Part shown: piece after piece, positions 17,073 through 23,814 of the stretch | Layout: each line of letters opens with the position of its first letter | Position numbering within the stretch: position 1 is the first letter of the stretch | The notes under the pieces: model-generated | Seen by the model: the letters and a program-made list of their open reading frames with translations, nothing else | Told to the model about the DNA's origin: nothing | The model's database searches: none | Program-made: the position numbers and the translations under genes | Assembly: GCA_049653005.1 (NCBI GenBank) | Contig: JBASFL010000091.1 | Span: 83,946-115,945, forward strand | Source: Burkholderiaceae bacterium | GTDB taxonomy: Bacteria > Pseudomonadota > Gammaproteobacteria > Burkholderiales > Burkholderiaceae_C | Direction of reading: 5' to 3' | Length of the DNA stretch: 32,000 nucleotides

Positions 17073-17530
17073 GCTTCAACCGCGACGCACTGCCAGAACC
17101 CGTGGGCTACTTTGAAGGTGTGGGCCTGACCCTGCGAGGCCCTGGCAAGTGGAAAACCACCCGCTGCGAGTTCCACGGAGGCAGCGATTCAATGCGCGTG
17201 AACACGACAAGCGGGGCATGGGTGTGCATGGCCTGTGGGGCAAAGGGCGGCGACGTGCTGAGCTACGAAATGCAACTGACCGGCGCGGAGTTCGTGGAGG
17301 CGGCAAAGGCCCTGGGAGCGTGGATTGACGATGGCCGCGAACCCGCCAGCACCAAGCCCACCAGCTTGCCACCCAGAGCCGCATTGGGGGCCCTGGCGTT
17401 TGAGGCAACGCTCATTGCTGTTGCCGCTGGAAACGTGGCGCAAGGGCTGGCGCTGGATGCCGCCGACCTGAGCCGCGTCATGGTGGCCGCTGGCCGAATC
17501 CAAGGCATCGCCGGGGAGTACGCCGCATGA
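17069..17530 (+). CDS. CHC2-type zinc-finger protein (DnaG-primase N-terminal zinc-binding domain only)
   Basis: KTTRCEFHGGSDSMRVNTTSGAWVCMACGAKGGDVLSY follows the CxH...CxxC pattern with G.GGD..S, as in the primase zf-CHC2 domain. No TOPRIM or AEP catalytic domain follows within this 153-aa protein. Confidence 0.75.
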   Translation: MSFNRDALPEPVGYFEGVGLTLRGPGKWKTTRCEFHGGSDSMRVNTTSGAWVCMACGAKGGDVLSYEMQLTGAEFVEAAKALGAWIDDGREPASTKPTSLPPRAALGALAFEATLIAVAAGNVAQGLALDAADLSRVMVAAGRIQGIAGEYAA

Positions 17531-19215
17531 TGGACATGACCGAATACCGCGAGCGCATGGCCGCGTTTGATGCCGAGCTGGGCATCGTGGCCCCACCAGC
17601 CGAGACGCGCTCCAAACTGGTTACCAAGCGGGTTTCCACGAACAACGGCCAAAAGTTGCCAGCCGGTTGCCTGCCACCCACTTTCCCCGCCTTGGAGGAT
17701 GACGGCGCGGACGATGACAGCACATGGCCCACTCCGCTACCGCTGCCCGATGGCCTGCCTCCCGTGCAAACCTTCGACCCCGAGCTGTTGCCGCTGGCGT
17801 TGCAAGGCTGGGTGGCGGACATTGCCCACCGGATGCAATGCCCGCCTGACTTTGTGGCCGTGGCCGCTGTCGCCGCCCTGTCTGGCTTGATTGGGGCGCG
17901 TGCTGTCATTGCCCCAAAGCAGTACGACGACTGGCGCGTGGTGCCCAACCTGTGGGGCCTGATCGTGGGCAAACCCGGCGTGATGAAGTCGCCCGCACTG
18001 GGGCAGGCACTGGCCCCCCTTCACCGGCTGGAAGCCAACGAACGCGAGGCGGTGGGCGTGGCGCGTGAAAGCTGGGCGCTCGACCTCAAGGTGGCGGAAA
18101 TGGCCGCCGAGGCGAACGAGAAGCGGGCCAAGGCATTGGCAGCGAAAGACCCTGCCGGTGCGCGTGCATTGCTGGAGTCGGCAGCCGTCCACACACCAGA
18201 GCCCACCGTACGACGGTATGTGGTCAACGACGCCACTGTGGAGAAGCTGGCCGAGCTGCTGACCGTCAACCCATGGGGCTTGCTGGTGTTCCGCGACGAG
18301 CTCCACGGCCTGTTGTCGAGCATGGACAGAGCGGGGCAAGAGGGGTCACGCGGTTTCTACCTGACGGGCTACGACGGCAACCAGGGCCACGCGGTTGACC
18401 GCATCGGGCGCGGTGAATCCTATGTGCCGCGTGTGTGCCTGGCCATGCTGGGTGGGATGCAACCCGGCAAGCTGCAAGCCTATGTCCGTGAGGCCGTGAC
18501 CGGAGGGGCGGGCGACGACGGGCTGCTGCAACGCTTTGGGCTGGCTGTCTGGCCCGACGTGAGAGCGGAATTCCAAAAGGTTGACCAGTGGCCGGACACG
18601 CACGCCAAACAGACCGCATGGGCCGTGTTCGAGCGGCTGGAGACCTTGACCCCAGGCAGTGACGACGAACCCGTGGAGTGGCGCTTCACACCAGAGGCAC
18701 AGGTGTTGTTTTGGGAGTGGGCGCTCCCCTTTGAGACAGAGATTCGCGGCGACGAGCTGCACCCCGCCCTGATCTCCCACCTGAGCAAGTACCGCAAGCT
18801 GGTGCCCGCACTGGCCTTGATCTTTGCACTGGTGGACACCCCCGACAGCGGCGGCGCTGTGGGCGTGCCTGAGCTGATTCGTGCGCTGGCATGGGCCGAA
18901 TACCTACGCACCCATGCCGAGCGCATTTACAGCGCGGCCACGACACCGGAAACCACGGGGGCAGCCACCCTGCTGAAGAAGATTCAAGCGGGCAAGCTGG
19001 CCGATGCAGACGGCGTGCTGCTGGATGCCTTCGCCCCCCGTGATGTGGCCGTGAAGCACTGGGCGGGCTTGTCCACGCCAGATGCAGTGCGCAAAGCGGG
19101 TGATGTGCTGGTGGATTTTGGCTGGCTGGTGAAAAAGATGCGCCCATCGACCAGCGGGCGGGCAAGCGAGCTGTTTCTGGTCAACCCTGCTGCAATGAAA
19201 GGGGTGCCCCAATGA
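17527..19215 (+). CDS. DUF3987 (YfjI-like) domain protein, putative replicative helicase/initiator of the island
   Basis: 562 aa. The layout matches my recollection of DUF3987 proteins that follow primase domains in P4-like/PICI elements. It has a P-loop-like GLIVGKPGVMKSPAL and later LVFRDELHGLL and YLTGYDGN..HAVDRI...VCLAMLGGMQP. There is an ATGA overlap with the upstream gene. Confidence 0.7.
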   Translation: MMDMTEYRERMAAFDAELGIVAPPAETRSKLVTKRVSTNNGQKLPAGCLPPTFPALEDDGADDDSTWPTPLPLPDGLPPVQTFDPELLPLALQGWVADIAHRMQCPPDFVAVAAVAALSGLIGARAVIAPKQYDDWRVVPNLWGLIVGKPGVMKSPALGQALAPLHRLEANEREAVGVARESWALDLKVAEMAAEANEKRAKALAAKDPAGARALLESAAVHTPEPTVRRYVVNDATVEKLAELLTVNPWGLLVFRDELHGLLSSMDRAGQEGSRGFYLTGYDGNQGHAVDRIGRGESYVPRVCLAMLGGMQPGKLQAYVREAVTGGAGDDGLLQRFGLAVWPDVRAEFQKVDQWPDTHAKQTAWAVFERLETLTPGSDDEPVEWRFTPEAQVLFWEWALPFETEIRGDELHPALISHLSKYRKLVPALALIFALVDTPDSGGAVGVPELIRALAWAEYLRTHAERIYSAATTPETTGAATLLKKIQAGKLADADGVLLDAFAPRDVAVKHWAGLSTPDAVRKAGDVLVDFGWLVKKMRPSTSGRASELFLVNPAAMKGVPQ

Positions 19216-19961
19216 GCTACCTCGAACGTCTGAAAAATCTCAAGAGCGCCGGAAGCCACGCTACGAACGCTACAAAAACCCCATTCGTAGCGTTTGTAGC
19301 CCCCCTGCTGGCCCCTTTTGAAAATTCAAAGAGGGACTTGAGGGGGCTTGATGCCCTGGCAGCGAACGATGACGGCCCCCAACTGTCGCAACTGTCGCGG
19401 CCCCAAACATCGGCCAGCAACGACCCGCCACCAGCGCCAGCGCCGGTAGAGCCTCCCGACTGGGCGGCGCTGGACAAGGCGTACATGGCCCACCACCTGA
19501 GCTGCCCCGCCTGCATTGCGGCTGGCAAGGGCTACGGCCTGCGGTGTGGCGCTGGGCGTGCGCTTTGGGGCAGCTACGACGCGGTGGACATGCCGCCACC
19601 CGTGCGGGCGCAACCAGCATCAGCCGCACCCAAGCCGGTGGCGACCGGCAGCCCACCAGTGGCAGAGCCCACCGAACAGGAGGCCGAGCGAACATCCAAG
19701 CGGCTGGCGCTGTTTGCCGCCCGTGGCGTGAAAGGTGACGAAGCGCAAGCCCTGGCCCAACGTCTGCTGATGCGCGACCGTGAGGGCGACCGCCGGGGGG
19801 TGTGCGCTGAATGCCGCCAACTGGGGGGAACCGGGCCGGGGCGCTGGAGATGCGGCGATAACGCCCACCCCAACATCAACGAGCTGGCCGGGGCATGGGT
19901 GGGCGCTGCATTCGTTCACGTTCGCCTGCACCGCTGCAACAGTCTGGAGAAAGCGACATGA
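19212..19961 (+). CDS. Hypothetical Cys-rich protein (249 aa)
   Basis: It is coupled by ATGA overlaps at both ends. It has two Cys clusters, HHLSCPACIAAGKGYGLRCGAG and GVCAECRQLGGTGPGRWRCGDNAH, suggesting zinc binding. The N-terminus is TKTPFVAFVAPLL, followed by a Pro/Ala-rich linker. Confidence 0.55.
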   Translation: MSYLERLKNLKSAGSHATNATKTPFVAFVAPLLAPFENSKRDLRGLDALAANDDGPQLSQLSRPQTSASNDPPPAPAPVEPPDWAALDKAYMAHHLSCPACIAAGKGYGLRCGAGRALWGSYDAVDMPPPVRAQPASAAPKPVATGSPPVAEPTEQEAERTSKRLALFAARGVKGDEAQALAQRLLMRDREGDRRGVCAECRQLGGTGPGRWRCGDNAHPNINELAGAWVGAAFVHVRLHRCNSLEKAT

Positions 19962-20620
19962 CCACCAGAAAAGCCAAGACCCCCGCCACCAAGGCCCGAA
20001 ACCCAGATGCCTTTCGCCTGACTGCCGCAACACCGGAGGAGCAAACCCGCAAAGGGGCGGAGCTGTCCACCAGTGGCGGCGTGAATGCCATGCTGGTGCG
20101 GGCGTACCTGCCCATCGATGGCATTGGAGCGGCAGACATTCACGAAGCCATGGCGAGGCAATCTGAGGGCCTGCAATCCGATGGCGACCGCATCCACCAA
20201 GCCGAGGCCATGCTGTTGAACCAAGCCGCTGCACTTCAGGCCATGTTCATTGATCTGGCCAGCCGGGCCAAACTCCAAAACAACCGGGAGTGGTTACAGA
20301 CCATGACCGGGCTGGCACTTAGGGCGCAGACCAATTGCACGCAAACGCTGAAGACGTTGGGTGAGCTGCGAAACCCCCGACAAGCCGTGTTTGCCAAACA
20401 GGCCAACATCGCCCACGGCCATCAGCAAGTGAACAACGAACAACAGGTAGCGACCAGTCAAGGGAGCCGCACGGGTGCACATGAATGCCCGGCTGAGCAA
20501 AACCAACTATTGGAGCAAGACCATGGCAAATGGCTGGACACCGGAGCGACGGGTACGACAGGCCGCACAGATTCGCACCTGGAAGCCGTGGGCACAGTCC
20601 ACCGGGCCAACAACACCTGA
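19958..20620 (+). CDS. Hypothetical protein (220 aa), helical
   Basis: The start is the ATG at 19958 (ATGA overlap with the upstream stop), giving MTTRKAKTPATKARNPDAF.... The central block is QAEAMLLNQAAALQAMFIDLASRA...GLALRAQTNCTQTLKTLGELRNPRQAVFAKQANIAHGHQQVNN. I recall this pattern from unannotated island and plasmid proteins, but that is unverified. Confidence 0.55.
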   Translation: MTTRKAKTPATKARNPDAFRLTAATPEEQTRKGAELSTSGGVNAMLVRAYLPIDGIGAADIHEAMARQSEGLQSDGDRIHQAEAMLLNQAAALQAMFIDLASRAKLQNNREWLQTMTGLALRAQTNCTQTLKTLGELRNPRQAVFAKQANIAHGHQQVNNEQQVATSQGSRTGAHECPAEQNQLLEQDHGKWLDTGATGTTGRTDSHLEAVGTVHRANNT

Positions 20621-20747
20621 AGGCAAGGCCACCACCAAGCGCAACGCCTTCAAGGGTGGATTCAGGCCACAGCTGCGGGCATTGGCGAAGCGCACGAACG
20701 AGCTGATTCGGGAGATGAAAGCCGTGGGTGACTGGCCGCCAGCCTGA
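20523..20747 (+). CDS. Small basic hypothetical protein (74 aa) overlapping the preceding gene out of frame
   Basis: MANGWTPERRVRQAAQIRTWKPWAQSTGPTTPEGKATTKRNAFKGGFRPQLRALAKRTNELIREM. GGAG lies 8 nt upstream of the ATG at 20523. The W.PE.R.RQA..I..WKPW..STGP.TPEGKA...NA.KGG pattern looks like a conserved small-protein family from memory, but that is unverified. Confidence 0.5.
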   Translation: MANGWTPERRVRQAAQIRTWKPWAQSTGPTTPEGKATTKRNAFKGGFRPQLRALAKRTNELIREMKAVGDWPPA

Positions 20748-21484
20748 TGCGTGTGAAACAGGGGCTGTAACAGCTTTGCGGCATATATGCGATCGGGGGT
20801 GGGTGCTCCCCACGAAATGACCCGCAGCCTGGCGGTCGCCCGCCACCGCCGCACACCCAGCCCCCGCCGCCGCGCAGCCAGCACCTGGCCAGACGGCCAC
20901 CCCCACGCAAGCGCCGCTGCTGTGACCGCACACCAAGGGCAGTGGTCAATGCCGTACTGACCGCCGCAAGCAGGGCGGGCATGACCCATTGGCAGATTGC
21001 AGAAACCCGATTGGCCCGCGTAACGACCAGAGAGCGGTTCACCGTGGCTCAGGAGGTGTGCAGCTACCTGACCGGCCCGCAATTCGCGCAGGCGCTGGCT
21101 GAGGCTGGCTTTGACGACCATCAGGCCTGACGCTCCACGCCACGCACCGGCGGCCAAGGTTACGGGCATGGTTACCAGCTTGGTTTCCAAGAAAACGCCC
21201 CTTCCCAGCATCGAAAAACCCGCTGCCTGTTGGTTTTGACGGCGAGGGCAAGCCGCTTCTCAAGCCTTTGTGAGCCCAACGGTTGGTTGCGATACCCCAG
21301 CGATTGGTTGCAGTCCTGGATAAGCGATACGACACCCAACTGAAAGGCCTGAACCATCTCGTATTTCAAATGTGGGATGGTGCCCACCGGTCTGCACTGG
21401 GCCACGCCATACCCAGCGAAGCGACCAATGCAGGAAATCCTGTAACGGTCATCACGGCTGGCGCTGTTGGCCGAAAATGCCACC

Positions 21485-22118
21485 ATGGAACCATCCACCC
21501 CACCCCTGCCTTGGTCAAGGCTCAACCTGACCACACCCTTGCCGGTGGCAGAGCTGCACAATGACGAGCTGGAGCTGCTGGTGGGAAGCCGGGCCCTGTT
21601 GGCGAGCGGGCAGCCACCTGACGTTCAGGCCCAAGTGAACGAGCGCATCAGGCAAGCGTGGGCAGAGCTGAACCACCGGGGTGTGCACCAGGTGCCCGTG
21701 ACGCACTGGAACTTTGGCAGGGCGAACGAGAAGCCCCTCGACCAGAGCCTGTCCGACGAACACTGGTACAAGCGACCCATGCCCGTGGTGGCCGCAACTC
21801 AGAGCCGGTGGTGGCGGTTGGTGGCGTTTCTCAGGCGGGAATGCCGCTGGTGCAGAAGGTGGACAGCAACGTGAACAAAAAGCCGCTGAAAGAAATGACG
21901 CTGGAGGAGCTGATGGACAGTCTGCCGCTGCCTCCGTGGGACGTGAACGATTCGGACCCGTTGATGCGCAAGGCCGCCCGGTTGTCTTTTTCCATGGAAC
22001 ACGAGGCGACATCAGCCAATTTGATGTTGGACATCCCAACCGAAAAGATACCGGCTGGCTCGGTCGGGGCATCTACGAGACCAGCGACCCTGACATAGCC
22101 AGCCGGTCAAGCCGTTAG
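21485..22118 (+). pseudogene. Decayed gene: coding signal passes through three reading frames and ends in a truncated H-Y-E-type ADP-ribosyltransferase-like (polyvalent-protein ART) fragment
   Basis: Frame 2 (21485-21874) reads MEPSTPPLPW...EHWYKRP. Frame 1 (to 22098) reads ...MPLVQKVDSNVNKKPLKEMTLEELMDSLPLPPWDVNDSDP. Frame 0 (to 22118) reads VDAQGRPVVFFHGTRGDISQFDVGHPNRKDTGWLGRGIYETSDPDIAS followed by a stop. The G.P.V.(Y/F)HGT...F...G.G.Y motif pair matches the His and Tyr motifs of H-Y-E ART folds. The catalytic Glu region is missing. Confidence 0.45.
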
Positions 22119-22574
22119 CCCACACACAGGCCATGCGCAGTCACCCCGCAAGTGCGTGCAGGTGCCACCCGCATGCAGCAGGTGCACGAACCGTGAACGA
22201 CCGTTGACGCTTCGTTGACGAACCCAGAGAGAAGCCACCGGCAACCCAGCCGGAACCCATGGGTTTTCAACCACCTGGCATTCCCAGCTTGACGCGCCCC
22301 CCGCCGCCCGTGGCAGAATCGCGCCAAGCCGAAAGGCCCGGTGCTATCCACACCACAAACAAGCGGTCGCAGCCCCCACCGAGAAGCGGGGTTTTGTCAC
22401 GCCCAAAATTTACGGGGCTGGTATGCCTTGCGCTGCCTGCCCTGAAGGTTATGGGGCTGGGAGCGCATACCCGCGAGGATTGCGGCACAACTTGTTTTGT
22501 GTGGATATACCCAGCTCCACCCGATGCTCTATCCAAGCAGCGAGTGGTTTTCAAGTTCAACAAGGAACTGAACC

Positions 22575-22853
22575 ATGACAGCCGTCACCCTGGCCAGCCG
22601 CCGCGCTGCGCCCATTTCCCCGCAAAAGCGGGTATTCACCCCCACCACCAACCCCACCACCCAGGCCAACGAGCTGCACCTGATTCAGTTGCACGCCCAA
22701 GCCTGCACCAGCCTGCGCGAGGCCCTGCGCCAGTTGCAGGCCCCCACCGCCACTGATGGCACCAACACATGGGCCAAGGCCACCGCGCGCGCCACCCGCG
22801 GCCTGAGTGCCTTGAAGCAGGCGTGCGCACTGTCCAACCGTGTGGAAGGCTGA
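22575..22853 (+). CDS. Hypothetical protein (92 aa), first gene of the terminal cassette
   Basis: The ATG is preceded by CAAGGAACTGAACC. The product is helical (ELHLIQLHAQACTSLREALRQLQ). The next gene starts 3 nt after its stop. Confidence 0.5.
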   Translation: MTAVTLASRRAAPISPQKRVFTPTTNPTTQANELHLIQLHAQACTSLREALRQLQAPTATDGTNTWAKATARATRGLSALKQACALSNRVEG

Positions 22854-22856
22854 GCC

Positions 22857-23174
22857 ATGACACCCATTCCCAGCAACGACCCAATCCTGCCCGTGGTGCA
22901 CTTCACCGAGACGGTGCGCGGCGCTGTGGCCCGTGTGCGCAACGTCGCCCGAGCCGTGGGGCCAGAGCACGCCGATGACCTGTTGATTGCGGAGGCCATG
23001 CTTCACCGACTGGACGGCGTGAGAAACGAGGTGGCCCTGTTTTCAGCCGCTTTGCGTGGGCAACTGTCCAGGGGCGAGATTGGACGGGCCGAAGCCACCG
23101 CAAACGAACTGAGGGATTACCTCGGGCACTGGGACACCCCACACATGCTGACGGTTCGGAGGGCTCAGGCATGA
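22857..23174 (+). CDS. Hypothetical protein (105 aa), second gene of the terminal cassette
   Basis: The ATG is preceded by GGAAGGCTGAGCC. There is an ATGA overlap with the S24 gene (23171-23174). No HTH or other motif is recognisable. Confidence 0.5.
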   Translation: MTPIPSNDPILPVVHFTETVRGAVARVRNVARAVGPEHADDLLIAEAMLHRLDGVRNEVALFSAALRGQLSRGEIGRAEATANELRDYLGHWDTPHMLTVRRAQA

Positions 23175-23536
23175 CCAACGCGCAAGCCAGCACCAGCGGC
23201 ACGACATACGCCCTGATGGTCGAGGGTGACAGCATGGTCAGCACCGCCGGCACACACAGCTTCCCACCCGGTACCGTGCTCATCGTTGACCCGGAGCGGG
23301 CACCCAACGCGGGCGACTTCGTGATTGCCAACGACGTGGTGACGCAGCAGGCGATGTTCAAGCAGTTGACCACCGACGGCTCGCGCTGGTACCTCAGGTC
23401 ACTGAACCCAGCCTATGCGCCCATCGAGATTGACGACCCTGCGCAGCGCGTAATTGGCCGGGTGATTGAGGCACGGCCACCAAGCGTGAACCTTGAGTTC
23501 GACCGTGAACCAACACACACGGTTGCCATGCGATGA
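23171..23536 (+). CDS. Stand-alone S24 peptidase domain protein (LexA / lambda-CI C-terminal-domain-like), no DNA-binding domain
   Basis: 121 aa. YALMVEGDSMVSTAGTHSFPPGTVLIVDPERAPNAGDFVIANDVVTQQAMFKQLTTDGSRWYLRSLNPAYAPIEIDDPAQRVIGRVIEA aligns by eye with the lambda CI C-terminal domain ([88 protein letters not shown]). The Ser (GDSM) and Lys (FKQL) dyad residues are present. Only about 12 residues precede the domain. Confidence 0.8.
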   Translation: MTNAQASTSGTTYALMVEGDSMVSTAGTHSFPPGTVLIVDPERAPNAGDFVIANDVVTQQAMFKQLTTDGSRWYLRSLNPAYAPIEIDDPAQRVIGRVIEARPPSVNLEFDREPTHTVAMR

Positions 23537-23610
23537 CTGACGCGGTTCATTGCCGCTGACCAAGCCACCAGCGCCGCCTGAAAAGTAAGGAGACGGTCAC
23601 CCCCACCAGA

Positions 23611-23638
23611 CCCGGCCACTGTGCCGGGTTTTTGTTTG
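23611..23638 (+). terminator. Rho-independent terminator of the terminal cassette
   Basis: CCCGGC(23611-16)/GCCGGG(23623-28) stem with a 6-nt loop, followed by TTTTTGTTTG. Confidence 0.7.
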
Positions 23639-23670
23639 TGGGTGGGGCTGATCACGGCCAAGCAAACAGC

Positions 23671-23700
23671 AGCGGTGTGGGTAACGGTGTGGGGAAAAAC
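23671..23700. repeat. 30-bp arm-type repeat, copy 2
   Basis: Identical to 14294-14323. It lies 62 nt inside the right att repeat. Confidence 0.8.
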
Positions 23701-23723
23701 AAAGCCGGGAGCCAGAAAGAAGA

Positions 23724-23755
23724 AAGGACTTAGCCCCTTTCGAAGCTAAGTCCTT
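23724..23755 (-). terminator. Island-borne hairpin immediately downstream of the reconstituted tRNA-Pro (minus sense)
   Basis: 11-bp perfect stem AAGGACTTAGC(23724-34)/GCTAAGTCCTT(23745-55). In minus sense it is followed by TCTTCTTTCT, an imperfect U-tract. Confidence 0.5.
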
Positions 23756-23762
23756 GATTCAT

Positions 23763-23814
23763 ATGGTCGGCGTGGCGGGATTCGAACTCGCGACCCCTTG
23801 CACCCCATGCAAGT
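23763..23814 (-). repeat. Right att repeat, embedded in the 3' part of the intact tRNA-Pro gene
   Basis: 51/52 identical to 14111-14162. Confidence 0.9.

Larger units (their letters stand above)
14111..23814. mobile_element. 9.7-kb integrative island in tRNA-Pro(GGG); satellite/PICI-like (integrase, AlpA, replication module, cargo; no virion or conjugation genes)
   Basis: It is bounded by the 52-bp direct repeat. A P4-type integrase lies at the left end. All recognisable genes are on the + strand, opposite to the flanking core cluster. The core gene order (merR-tRNA-Pro followed by a terminator) is restored if the element is removed. Confidence 0.85.

Noticed and set aside
20820-20935. GC-rich CCGCC/CCCGC-rich tract that looked like a possible tandem repeat
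   Set aside because: I could not derive a consistent repeat unit or period by eye. It is low-complexity GC-rich sequence, not a CRISPR or VNTR-like array.
20942-21130. 62-aa + strand ORF (GTG start; or 49 aa from the ATG at 20981) with a vaguely HTH-like MTHWQIAETRLARV segment
   Set aside because: It is too short and too weakly supported to call. It could be a real small regulator, but nothing in the sequence distinguishes it from chance. The Arg-rich 47-codon ORF at 20817-20960 was dismissed likewise.
20507-21211. 234-aa minus-strand ORF inside the island
   Set aside because: It overlaps two better-supported + strand genes, has an Arg/Ala/Gly-rich composition, no SD and no motif. It is likely a shadow ORF of a GC-rich stretch.
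22259-22756. 165-aa + strand ORF spanning the non-coding block and running into the first cassette gene in another frame
   Set aside because: Its translation is Pro/His/Arg-rich with no SD, and it conflicts with the better-supported 22575 start. The minus-strand ORF at 22115-22351 was rejected for the same reasons.
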